NCBI RefSeq assembly: GCF_006345805.1 | Contig: NC_043007.1 | Coordinates: 9,300,001-9,364,000 of the forward strand | Length of the DNA stretch: 64,000 bases | Direction: 5' to 3' | Source: Octopus sinensis | Taxonomy: Eukaryota | Shown here: positions 11,913-24,339 of the stretch, piece by piece | Position numbering within the stretch: the stretch's first letter is position 1 | Layout of the letters: each line of letters starts with the position of its first letter | Notes under the pieces: generated by a model | Database searches by the model: none | What the model saw: only the letters and a program-made list of their open reading frames with translations | What the model was told of the DNA's origin: nothing | Position numbers and translations under genes: made by a program

Positions 11913-12597
11913 AGTGAGGGGGGCCGGTGCGCATTGATGCCGTCGAGAGGTAGGCCCCGAAACGGCGCGCATTCTCTCCTGATGACCCCATACACTTGCT
12001 AGCTTCCGGTATACGGAGCTTTTAACTGGTAGCACTTGCATATGCAAGTTGTTTGCAAGACATATATATATATATATATTTGTCTGTTTGTCTCTCTATT
12101 TTCCAGTCTATCTTTCTATTTGTTTATTTATACATGCATACATACATACATGCATACATATATACGTACGTACATCCAACGACACAAACACACACACACA
12201 TACACAAATACACATATGCACGCACATGTGAACACATAACCGCATACATATATTTGTATGTGGTTAAGCTTCTGTGTACTCTTGTTTTCCTGTGTGTGTG
12301 AGTGTGTGTATGGCTACACTTCATATATGTATGTATACATGATTGTATACACACACACACACATATATATTTTAACTATATATTATCATATATCTATCAA
12401 TCTATTTATTTATTTGTATATATATATATATATATAATATAATATACCTTATATCGTATATGTATGGACACAGACGTACTTTAATATACATATATTATAT
12501 ATGTGTGCGCGTGTGTGTTTATATATGTATACATATGTATATGTATAAATATACAACTATTAATGTATATTCATATGTGTGTATGTGTGTATATATT

Positions 12598-12635
<38 letters not shown>

Positions 12636-12964
12636 TATACATTTGAATATAAACATGTATGCAAGTATGTATATATGTTTATAGTAGAGAGGGTGCCGGA
12701 GAGGGGCTACGGAGCGGAGACTATTGTGTGACGTTAGTTTACCATGTTTCAAGAGAAATTAAAAGCTTTTTGACATACATTAATCTGATTAAAGACATTA
12801 GCAAATCATAAATAGTAATTAGAACTCACATGACATGTCTAAGAAAGTATTATTTTATTACTTTTATGAATTATTGCCAAAAGTTGAGAGTGAAATTAGT
12901 TAAGGCTATGAGTTTAATAATTAAAGACAATGAAGCTGTGTTCTGATAATAACAAAATAATGAA

Positions 12965-13064
12965 TTAGTAAACGACGACGGCGGCAGCGATGGCGACGAC
13001 TACGACGACGACGACGATCATGATCGTGATGATGATGATGATGATGATGACGATGACGATGATG

Positions 13065-13095
<31 letters not shown>

Positions 13096-13096
13096 C

Positions 13097-13143
<47 letters not shown>

Positions 13144-13735
13144 CGTTGACGATGATGGTGGTGGTGGTGGTGGTGATGGTGATGATGATGAGGATGATGA
13201 TGATGGTGATGGTGATGATGAAGAAGAAGAAGACGAGGAGGTGCTGATGGTGGCTGTGGATGGGGACAATGACAGTGACGACGAGGGTGATGATGATGAT
13301 GATGATGACGATGATGATGATAATGATGAGGGAAGCGGAAAAGGAGGAGTTGCTGGCGGTGGAGGATGGGGACAATGACAGTGACGACGTCGGTGATGAT
13401 GATGATAATGATGATGATGACGATGATGATGATGATGATGATGAAGAGGAAGGGGAAGAAGATGTGGAAGAGGCGCTGGTGGTGGTGGTGGTGGTGGTGG
13501 TGGTGGAGAAGGATGGTGGCAATGACGGTGACGGTGAATTGCATGATGTTGATGATCGTGATGATGATGATATTGATGATGATGATGATGAGAGTGATGA
13601 GAACGATGATGATTGGCACCATCACCACCATGATCATCATTATCCTCCTCTTCCCCCACCTCCTCTTTCTCCTCATCAACAACATCATCACCATCATCAT
13701 CACCATCGTCAATATCATCATCATGAACGTCTTCA
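12965..13735. repeat. Large (GAT/GAC/GGT)n triplet tract with internal ~106-bp duplication, then (CAT/CCT)n
   Basis: GATGGGGACAATGACAGTGACGACG occurs at about 13259 and 13365. This is the source of the poly-H/D/M ORFs. Confidence 0.9.
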
Positions 13736-14279
13736 TTTCTTTATTAGCCATAACAGTTTCAAGTGGTGCATTAAAATTAACTGAAATTTAAAGAGAGTGC
13801 GGTTTACAATATGGCTAGACAGGAGGGTAGGAAGCATGACGAGGGTGGGAGCGTTAAACAGTAGACGCATTGAAATCTCAAATAAATTGTGAAATAAACA
13901 ATATTAATGGAACAATAATTAAAACCGGGGATAAATTTAATTTCACAACATAGTGTGTAAGATAGGGCTGGAACTCTCTCCTTGGGTTTGTTCGATGTCT
14001 CACACAACTCAGCCTTTCAAATTTTACTCATGCTTCGTTGCGGTGTAACGAAATGCACCAGTTAGCATTTTTCTATAGGAGGGTGTATTAATATATATGT
14101 AGAAGGTATTGAATCATAAACTCATAACACAGACGTTGTGCATTTTACCATTTTGTTTGTCCCAATTTTATAGCTCTCATCTTAAAAAGACTTCCGAATT
14201 TATTGTAACTGCGCTTGGGCGTAGCTTTGCTATAGGTATTTAGAAGCTTTTCCTCGACTATTTCACTGCTGTGTGCTTG

Positions 14280-14800
14280 TATTGGGTTGTCCGGAAAGTT
14301 CGTACCGATTTATAGTAGCTTACCTTTCGACTCATTTTAGAACATGGTTGAGTCCATAAAATAGGATTTGACTACACCTCCATTTAGAGCACAGTCTAAG
14401 CTATCTTTTCGTGGAAGAACGTTTATGTTCCTATAACCTGTGTTAATTTTGTAACCCTTTAAAATGGAAGATAAGAAAGATCATTTTCGGCACTTGATGC
14501 TTTGGAAACCTGACAAAAATTGCTGCAGCTCGCCTGGGATGTGTTACCCCACCCTCCATATTCACCAGATATTGCTCCTTTGGATTTCCACTTATTCAGG
14601 TCTCGGCAGAATAGACTTAATGGTAAAAATTTTAATTCTTTGGATGACGTAAAGAGATACCTTGCTGAATTATTTGCCATGAAACCACCTCAATTCTGGG
14701 AAGAGGGTGTTTTCAAGTTAAAGGAAAGATGGAGACGCATTGTGCAACAAAATGGTTCATATTTGGTTGATTAAAAATGTAATGGCAAGTATTTAATACT
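14280..14800 (+). mobile_element. Internally deleted mariner element
   Basis: 5' TIR TATTGGGTTGTCCGGAAAGTTCG. MEDKKDHFRHLML is joined to WDVLPHPPYSPDIAPLDFHLFRS...KERWRRIVQQNGSY (YSPD motif). The 3' end is broken by a SINE. Confidence 0.9.
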
Positions 14801-14802
14801 GA

Positions 14803-15250
14803 TAATTATTTCGCCCGGCGTGCCAACGTTTCTTATTTCTTTATTGCCCACAAGGGGCTAAACATAAAGAGAACAAACAAGGACAGACAAAAGGATTAAG
14901 TCGGTCACATCGAACCCATTGCGCAACTGGTACTTAATTTATCGACCCAGAAAGTATGATAGACAAAGTCGACCTCGGCGGAATTTGAACTTAGAACGTA
15001 ACAGCAGACGAAATACCTATTTCTTTACTGCCCACAAGGGGCTAAACATAGAGGAGACAAACAAGAACAGACATATGGATTAAGTCGATTATATCGACCC
15101 CAGTGCGTAACTGGTACTTAATTTATCGACCCCGAAATGATGAAAGGCAAAGTCGACCTCGGCGGAATTTGAACTCAGGACGTAACGGCAGCCGAAATAC
15201 GGCTACGCATTTCGCCCGGCGTGCTAACGGTTCTACCAGCTCGCCGCCTT
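14803..15250 (-). mobile_element. SINE family A multimer (monomer, truncated monomer, head fragment)
   Basis: Two full body/tail units followed by AGAAACGTTGGCACGCCGGGCGAAAT. Confidence 0.9.
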
Positions 15251-16656
15251 AATGTCAGCAACTTAATGACTAAAACAATTTTTTGAAATAGAGATAAAAG
15301 CATTTTAAATTAACATCAATATTCACGCCATATTAGAGGCTCGTATTTTAAAAATCATTAGCTATTTACAGCAAGAATCGAACTCAGATCTGTGCGGCAT
15401 CATTCTCCATTCTTTACTTGTTTTAGCAACCACATTACCCCGCTATTAATACTATCCCCACCTCCCAGTCTATTTATGTGTAAAAGAAGTTTAAAAGCAG
15501 TGCATATTTTAAAATGTCTTTGTGTCTATATTGAATATAAAGCGATAGCATTGTTCAACTGCCATTTAATTACTAAGCAAATATCATACAATTCATCTGT
15601 CCTCCTCTGCAACCTTAGGGTCATTAACATGATTTATATTTCAACTGTTGCGTTTATCATTTATTAAATGGCTTGCCTGTGAATAACACATGCTTTTGTT
15701 ATATTTTATAGAACACAGAATAACCTCCAACCATTCTCGAGGTAGTGCTATCTTAATAGTAGAGATAATCTTCACGACAATAGAATTGGTTAAAGAAGTT
15801 TACCTCAGTAAAAGAGATATCTAAATGTCTATAGTTTATAATATTTTCAATATGCAAACACCAGCGAGACGTGATGTTGTTCTATTGCTTTCTTTTATGA
15901 TATCGTTTTTTTCTTTTCTTTGTTTTTTTTTTCTTTGTTGTTGTTGTTCTGAATAATGCATAATTCCACTACTGCTACTCCTTCTATTTCCATTAACCAC
16001 CACCTCCTTTAGGCTATATTAATGTATTCAGTATTTTATTTAATGCTTTTTTAATGATATTTTCGTCAGTTTAATATTCCAACTACCTGTTTGAGATAAT
16101 ACTTCATCTGGTGTGTTTCAGTAAAAATATTAATTATTAAACGCAAAATTTTCCATTGCTTCGGTATCTTAATAGTTTTACTGATAAGCTTCAGAAGTGG
16201 TTTTTCCATAGTTGCAAACTGGCACTGTTCTAAAGTTTAGGTAAATAGCTGAAGGTGTTTTCAAAACGATTCCATTATAGATGATATGCCATTTACATAG
16301 AAATAAAGTTTACGCAATTTTGTATAGGCATTTATCGCAGTATTAAATGCGGACAAAGGTGACATATCTAGCACCAATAGCGTGACTGTTAATGTTGAAC
16401 TGGTGAAGAGCGGAGGAGAGTGTTATTGTGGAACGGTTAGCGGTTGCGGTGATGGGGTTTTATCGTTGACAAGGGAGAGTCGTAGGTGAGATTGAGGCTG
16501 GCATTATGTTGCTGATTTCTCTTTGATGCACCGAATAAGTTATAAAAGCCGAGAAAATATATCATCTTCAGATGTAAAGGGACTTTATTAGGAGATAATA
16601 TAAAATAAGCATATAAATGCAATAATTCATGTATGCACACCCGTATGTGTGATCAT

Positions 16657-16689
<33 letters not shown>

Positions 16690-16691
16690 TA

Positions 16692-16733
<42 letters not shown>

Positions 16734-17509
16734 TGTATGTGTGTAATTTTCTTTTGTTGGTTGCGATATAAATATTTAAAATAAAACTTTTAAACACAGA
16801 AAGTTTGTTATGAACCTGTGTATAACATTAACCATGTACATGTGTTTATCTGTGCGTATGCGTGTATGTGTGTGTGTGTGTGCGTGTGTGCGTCTGTGTG
16901 AGCGTGTATCTGCATATGTATGAACACATTATACATGTATATAATATTTTTTTTTTGCTATATGATGGGGTGGGCAGTGTATCTGACGGCATTAATTTGC
17001 TCTGACCTTAGACAATGTAGGAGAATAAATAAAACAGACGAGAGATCGACTTGTCTAAAAAGAGAAGTTCTATGTAATGGCTGATGATATGTTTGTGTTT
17101 CGCTTCTAACCGTTGTAGGTCAAGAGAAAATGGAAAAGGATGACCGAAACAGATTTGTAAAGGAGATAAGAACCAAAGAACGAGAGATGAATCACTCGGT
17201 GACAGTTCATTGACTTTCTACTGACCTTTTTATACAAAGAAGAAACACTAGGAGTAATGGAGGAAAGTCAATGTGGTGTGGAGAAAATGGCGAAAGAAAA
17301 AATAATTGATGAGGGATCACACAGACGTAAAGAAAGAAGGAAAGAAAGAATGAAGAAGCAGAAGAAGTGAGGAGAAGGAAAAAGAAAGAAACAGAAAGAA
17401 AAGAAGCCATTCGTAACTATAAGAACCGCAAAAATGAAAACAACAGAGGAGAAGAACATTAAATATATCAGCTATAAACTCGTTAATATGTTGATGTGTG
17501 TGCGTGTGT

Positions 17510-17595
17510 ATGCACAAATATATATATATATATACATATGTATATACACATATATACATCTATATATACACACACATATATATATACATCTATAT

Positions 17596-17626
<31 letters not shown>

Positions 17627-17906
17627 CATACACATACATATATATGTATACATATATATACATACACATATGTGTATATTAATAAATACATATGTTTATG
17701 CATATATAATTCAATATATATATATATATACATATGTATATACACATATATACATCTATATATACACACACATATATATATACATCTATATATACATACA
17801 TATATATAATATATATATATACATACACATACATATATATGTATACATATATATACATACACATATGTGTATATTAATAAATACATATGTTTATGCATAT
17901 ATAATT

Positions 17907-17952
<46 letters not shown>

Positions 17953-18050
17953 CGTGTCTGTTATCTGTATACACACATACACAAATATATATCATATATG
18001 TATACATACAAACCAATATACATATAATATATATACATATGTGTGGAGGG

Positions 18051-18100
<50 letters not shown>

Positions 18101-18130
18101 TTGTGTTTGTGTGTGTATGTGTGTGTATGT
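17510..18130. repeat. TA-rich tract with ~195-bp tandem duplication, then (GT)n
   Basis: ATTAATAAATACATATGTTTATGCATATATAATTCAA at 17678 and 17873. Confidence 0.9.
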
Positions 18131-18699
18131 ATATCATATTGAAAAAGGCAACATCAAAGAATTTTTCAGTTTCGGAAAAGTGACCGTGGCACGAGAAAGA
18201 ATTTGTGAGATGGTATAGCCGCTTTCATAGCGGTTAGGATAATTTAGCGGGAAAGAGGGGCTGTGAACAATGAAGAAATGGGTGTAAAAGAGATAAGATA
18301 TATAAACAACAACAAGAACAATAACAATGGAAGGGGCCAAAATGATATGAGGAAATATGAAAAAGGCGTACAAAAATCGATGACCTTAATTCTAGATTCA
18401 TACTTTCTCCTTTCTTAAATTTGCTCCCTTAGGCTTCTTAAGAGAAATCTTGCGTTTTCAATACAGCTACTTTAAAAGAGATATAATATTTTACTGTTGT
18501 GGACTTAATATGATGATGACAAGGAAACAGAAATGAAAAATACGTTTAAAATTTCTTCGGGTCCGTGGATGTTGCGTTCGGTTAAACGTTGAAAGAAAAA
18601 AATAAACGTTTCTTTTTCCCTCTTTGCTAATTAGTTTACTGGACGAGGTAAAGAGGAGCAAAGCCACGAATTCTAATGCTGTGTCCGTAATTGGAATAT

Positions 18700-18920
18700 T
18701 GCATTTTTTCTTTTTATTCTTTTACTTGTTTCAGTCATTAAGCTGTGGCCATACTGGGGCACCACCTTGGAGAATTTCAGTCGAACGAATCGACCCCCGC
18801 ACTCTCAATTCTCTAAAGCCTGCTGCTAATTCTATCGATCTCTTATACAAACCTGCTAAATTACGAGGATTTAAGCATACCAGCACCGGTTTTGAATCGC
18901 TGGTAAGGGACACTCACTGA
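18700..18920 (-). mobile_element. SINE family B 3' part
   Basis: TTTACTTGTTTCAGTCATT...CTGTGGCCATACTGGGGCACCACC...GTCGAACGAATCGACCCC. Confidence 0.75.
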
Positions 18921-18940
18921 ATTACACATACGCATATATA

Positions 18941-18991
<51 letters not shown>

Positions 18992-18997
<6 letters not shown>

Positions 18998-19535
18998 AAG
19001 AGGCTTCCAAATAGGAAAGCGTTGTGCTAGAAGAGCGGTAGAAATCTCAAAACCACAAGAAAAAGGATAAATTCTCGAAAGGAATGTAAGTTAAAATCTA
19101 TTTCCCAGACCATGGTTTCTAACTATTTCCAGCAAAAAGATATTCGCCGAAGGCCAGTCTTCATCAGTGGGATAGCCTTTAGAAATCAGACATACAGACA
19201 GCCAGATCCACACGTATAACTAACGGTTTGTATATCCTAACTTTTCAAACCACTGTGTAGACGCAGATTATACCCGGCGACTTAGAGGATGCCGGTAAAA
19301 ATTTCGAACAAATTTATCAAACAATATTTAAACATAATACATAAGGCAATAATAAATTATTACCAGTGGCCTAGCACAAGAAAAAAACCCCGAATTAGTC
19401 ATTAGATTATATATCATTCATATAGAAATACAATAAGAGGCTTCCAAATAGGAAAGCGTTGTGCTAGAAAAAGCAGTAGAAATCTCAAAACCACAAGAAA
19501 AATGATAAATTCTCGAAAGGAATGAAAATTAAAAA
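18992..19535 (-). mobile_element. Non-coding Penelope-like/retrozyme-like unit (437-nt period) carrying a hammerhead
   Basis: A ~105-bp direct repeat starts at 18992 and 19429. One hammerhead lies between the copies, the unit abuts a (TA)n tract, and it has no ORF. Confidence 0.75.
19103..19172 (-). ncRNA. Type I hammerhead ribozyme motif, near intact
   Basis: 5'-TCCCA CTGATGA A GACT...AGTT A GAAAC CATG GTC^TGGGA-3'. Helix I is TCCCA/TGGGA, the core is conserved, helix III is the palindrome ACCATGGT, and the cleavage triplet is GUC. Confidence 0.75.
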
Positions 19536-20510
19536 CGTTTCTCATCTCAACTACTTCCCATTCACGCTTCATCTTTATCAACAGTGCAAAAATGGGCAGC
19601 TGAATTTAGGAAGGGAAGGCAGAGTCTTGAATATGACCGACCTCTGGCCGTGCCGCAACTAATACCACCCAGGAAAATATTGATCGTGCTCATCACGTGA
19701 TGATGGATTAGCGAAAATAGCTAATGCGTTAGCCTTTTCCGTGAGAGTATTTAGAATATTCTGCTTAATGAACATGGCATGGCGAAGGTTTCTGTTCAGT
19801 GGGTGTCACGTCTACTGGCCCTTGATCAAAAACGCACCACGCTCATCATATCGCGGGAAAATCTAACACTGTTTGAGGCAAATCGAGTTGGTTTCCTTGA
19901 ACGTTTCCTAAGGCAAGATGAGTGTTGCCTTTACTACTTTGAGCAAGAAACAAAGAGAGAATTCGTGCAGTGGAAACACCCTTCTTTAACTGTTCCAAAT
20001 AAGGCCAGTGTCTTTTCATCTGCAGAGAAGTTGATGTAAAAGACATTGTACTTTGTGATTATCTTTAAAATGGCCACACTATCAATGGGTCAAGTTATGC
20101 CAACTTACTGCGGTAGTTATGAATATCTGTTAAGGCCAAACGCCCTGGAAAGCTAATGAAAGAGATCTTCTTACATCAGGTCAATGTTCCAGGACACACG
20201 TCCTTCGTTTCAATGGCTGCTGTGCGTGATTGGCTTTGAACTGATTGATCATAATCCCTGTTCTCCTGATTTGACCCCAGCTGATTACTAGCTGTCCTCC
20301 AACTTCAGAAACTTTTCTCTGGGAGGCAGTATCCCAGTGATGATGACATCATATCTGTTGCTTCTTCAGCAATGGGAACCATGCACTTCAACACCGATTG
20401 AAGAAGTCTGTAGACCGCCAGGTGAACTATGCTGAAAAATAAACCGAATTTGCTTACATTCCATGAGATTATCTCTTTCAGCCTATGGACTCGTATTTCT
20501 TGGAATCCCA
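19536..20510 (+). mobile_element. Degenerate mariner transposase (5'-truncated)
   Basis: TVQKWAAEFRKGRQSLE ... GMAKVSVQWVSRLLALDQK ... QDECCLYYFEQETKREFVQWKHP, followed by CSPDLTPADY. Multiple stops and frameshifts. Confidence 0.9.
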
Positions 20511-20957
20511 TATCAGATTCCATTTCGGAAAGACTACCATGATACAAGTTTTTGTCGGATTCTACATCTGTTTTCGTCACAGAGTATCATATTATCAAGA
20601 TTGTCCTTCTACATAAATATGCTGGTGTTCGAATTCAAAAAGTGTTAGTTTTTATTTCAAGAAGGTCTAGAAATATCTGCTGGGTGTACACAATTCACAA
20701 CGTGCTCACTTTAAATTCGAAACAGTTTCGTATTTTCAGTGGAATGTGTTCATATATCAATATATTTAAGAGAGAGAAAATATGAAAATTAGACAAAACC
20801 AAACAAATTAGACACGATGGTCGCGGATTGAACATTGCTCAAGTGAATCGTGGGGAATCTCATTCGATACAAAAACATAAACAATACCTTAAATTCAACT
20901 TACGTTGAAAGTCAACAAAGTTTGCTTTAGAAGAGTTGAGATGTACTGAAAGATACG

Positions 20958-21209
20958 GATAAGGAAATAATTTTATTTTCAAACGCAGGATAATGCTAAT
21001 AATATAACATGAACAGAATAAACTATCCATATTTTGAAGAAAAATCTGTCGGCGGCCAGCCATGAGAATCGAACTCAATTCCTTTGACGCGTAATCACAG
21101 GGATGTAAGTTCGAGTCTCAGATTTTTTTGGAAAATATGGATAGTTTATCCTGTTCATGCTATGTTATTAACATCATCCTGCGCTTAAGAATAAAATTAT
21201 TTCTTTATC
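20958..21209. repeat. Fold-back element: 91-bp inverted arms with a 70-nt spacer
   Basis: 20958-21048 and 21119-21209 are reverse complements with scattered mismatches. Confidence 0.9.
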
Positions 21210-22013
21210 TGCATCTTATAAACAACATTGTATATGTGTGTGTTTCATGTATGCGTTTGCGTATGTGCATGTGTTTCTATGTGTGTGTATGTGTATATAT
21301 GAATGTGTGAATATGTCTACTTAGAGATAAAGTCCTCGTTGCAGTATGCTGGCTTGCGTGCTACAATGATGCTGAGAGCTATGACCCATGGATACTATCT
21401 CCCATGCTGGATTGGTTAAATGATAGAGGCGAGACTTTCCAGAGAAAGGCCTTACATCAGGGAATCATAATTTCAAGAGAAAAGGGTGACCTTCGTACAG
21501 CCTTGTATTCCGAACCTAGGGCAAGTGTCATCGATGGTCTACGAAACATAGAGAACCAAATGCTTAAACACAAACGAAATACATACACACGCAGGTACAC
21601 AAACACGATGAGAAGAAAAGATAGAAAGAAAGCATAAACGAAACAATGAAGGTGAGAAATATTTTCACATAAATATATTATCATTGTGTAGGTGACGGTA
21701 ATCCGAGGATAATGTACACATTGTCTTTGCATCGGGAAAACGCACAAACTATATGGAGACAAACGCTCGCCTTCATATTACCAATGTACTACACAAAATA
21801 TTTGACAATTCCCAGAATACTGGCATTAAATTTGACAGAAACTACAAATTTAAGCGCAATAAAGAATTATTCTGATAGAACAATTAAATTCAGCATTTAA
21901 TTATGTAAGTAAACTGCAATAAATTTCTAAAAGCTGTAATAATTCCTCTAAATGTGAATCTTCATTATAACACTTACTATTTATTATCAAACCTATTATA
22001 GAAAACAATAATT

Positions 22014-22054
<41 letters not shown>

Positions 22055-22835
22055 TATATATACATATATAAACAAATATGTATGTATGTATATTTCGCCA
22101 TTTCCCCTCGAGCTACACATACCATACGCTAATATATAGAAATATTTATTCGTGCAGACATGAAATCTAAATTATTATGGTGTGTTCTAGAGCGCTTTTG
22201 ATCCCGTGTGTACATCTCAGAAGAATAGAATTTTTCGACGTATTTTCCATGCACATATTACAAGAGAATTTAACGGAAGCCCCCTCATTAAACAATATAA
22301 GACAATAGAATAAATATATAAGCACTGTGTTCCAGAAATTACACACCAGTTGCAGATACATAGTTATCTTCAATTCGTCTTCTTTTGTGTGGTTCACGTT
22401 GTTTCAGAGCTTAATAGTATTATAGGTGTTTAGACATTTAATACAGTGAGCAAGTAAAATCTAATAAAAACTGTGAGACAGGTGATAACGTAATTAGTGT
22501 AATGAACTACAATATTCATGTAATTAAAATTGCATATGTTGGTAAGATAAAGATTCATTAACGTAAATCGGAATTCTGGTAGAAAAAATTGCTAACATAG
22601 ACAACATCGATATTTTCACAATTTCAAATCAAAATAGAATGTGCACCAATATTATTTTAATAAAAGTAAAAGTTCAAATAGAAAAGCAAAAACAAAAAAA
22701 AAACTAGGTAAATTAAAAATACTCGGGGCCCCATCCACAGGAAACGAAAATTTCTTAGATGAAGGCTAGTATCATAAAAGGCCTATTTAGAAATATTTTC
22801 TCAGTGAAGAAAGCATAGTGACTAATAACTAACAG

Positions 22836-23835
22836 TATCGGGTCATCCCATAAATAATGCGGTTTTTTTTATATTTCTTTTATTTATCAAAATTAAGATA
22901 AACAAAGTTCTTTGTTGATGTAAAATATGAACTCCTTCATTTTCGACAATGCTCTTCCATCTATCTGGTAGACCCTAGAGACCCCACTTCCAAATTTCAC
23001 TTGTCCGTGACAAGAAAAAACTTCACTACAGTTCTGACCTGGTCTACAGAATTCATATTCTTTCCGTCAAAATGATTTTGAAGACTACGGTATAAATGAT
23101 AATCAGATAGGGCAATGCCCTGCGAATATGGTGGGTGGACATCGTTACCCATTCAAACTGTACCAGCGTTTCGAATGTCATCCTCGCTGTATTATTCCGA
23201 TGAAAGATCACCTTTCGTCTTGAAACCAAAGATGGTCGCTTTTCTTCTAATGCTGACTTGAGCCGTTAAGTTGCTGGCGGTAGATCTCCCCTGTTTGGTT
23301 TGTGTTTAAAAGTTTAAAGTGCACTGAACCTTTAATATCCCACCAAGCAGATCACAAAGTCTTGCGTGGTTGAAGATCTCCTTTAGCCTGGGGAGCCGGT
23401 GTTTCGCATTTACCTACCCACTATCTTCGTCTTCGTCGAGCTCAGCAGATCTTCCAGGGCGAGGTTCGTCTGCTAGGCAGTAGTCTCCGGCTCGGCATTT
23501 CTGGAACTACGGTTGCCACTGACTTACGCTTATTGTCCGATCCCCGTATACTACATTAATATTCCTCGCATTTTGCCTTGCGTTGTTACCTTTATTGAAC
23601 TCATAAAGCAAAATATGGTGAATGTGCTCCTTTCTCACCTCTATTGTAGCTTTGGAAAAAATATAACTGTCAAAATTGAAATGCAATCTTCAAAACATTG
23701 AATAAGAATAAGTACAAAGTAAAATTAATACCTGCTTTTATAGAAAGGTGATGCCAGTAGTTTATACTGTCCCGCTCCGAATGTTTGTTCATGCAATTGA
23801 AAACACCTTATTATTTATGGGATGACGTCCAAATA
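22836..23835 (-). mobile_element. Internally deleted mariner element
   Basis: TIR core GTCATCCCATAAATAAT at both ends. Minus strand gives EHIHHILLYEFNKGNNA...DEPRPGRS, WWDIKG and HPPYSQGIALSDYHLYRSLQNH. Confidence 0.85.
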
Positions 23836-23945
23836 GTCTCTGATGACGAAATATCCCATACTCGTGGATATCCCAGAAAAGGCTGTAAAATTTTGAATTT
23901 CTTCTTGTAATAATATTGTATACGACTTGAGAACAATTATATATC
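23836..23945 (+). mobile_element. Penelope-like pseudo-LTR remnant with degenerate hammerhead
   Basis: GTCT-CTGATGA (23840-23846), helix II ATATCCCA/TGGATAT, then GAAA-AGGCTGTA, probably from GAAACAGCTGTA. Confidence 0.45.
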
Positions 23946-24078
23946 CGCTGCATCGGGAATCTGCAATGGCTCTAAAACTAACGTCTCGGCTATAACCTTC
24001 GAGTCCCATTAATCCGTTACAGCACTTACCTAGCGTACCTAATCGATTAGATTACCAGAGAACTAAACCCCTATACTG

Positions 24079-24112
<34 letters not shown>

Positions 24113-24339
24113 CGTGTACATATATATATAACAGAGAGTTTGCATGTGTGTGTTTATGTGCGTATGTTACTTATGCATTCGAAAAGTAAAATGCCGAATT
24201 TGACCTACGTGGTATCAAAAGATTCAGTAATCGTTCGGTTACCTTTGCATACTTTCTACGTTATCTCAACAACCAGTTTTATTCGAAAAACACTGCTCTA
24301 CGACGAACTGAGTTCAATAATTATTATTTAAAAGCTATA

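Noticed and set aside
11940-12000. CTGATGA and CCGAAAC motifs near each other
   Set aside because: They are in the wrong order for one hammerhead and have no supporting helices.
12921-13791. Longest ORFs in the track (174-276 aa)
   Set aside because: Pure triplet-repeat tract open in most frames, with no domain content.
21320-21637. ~100-codon plus-strand open frame (CWLACYNDAESYDPWILSPMLDW...)
   Set aside because: No recognisable motif and no convincing donor. Left unassigned.
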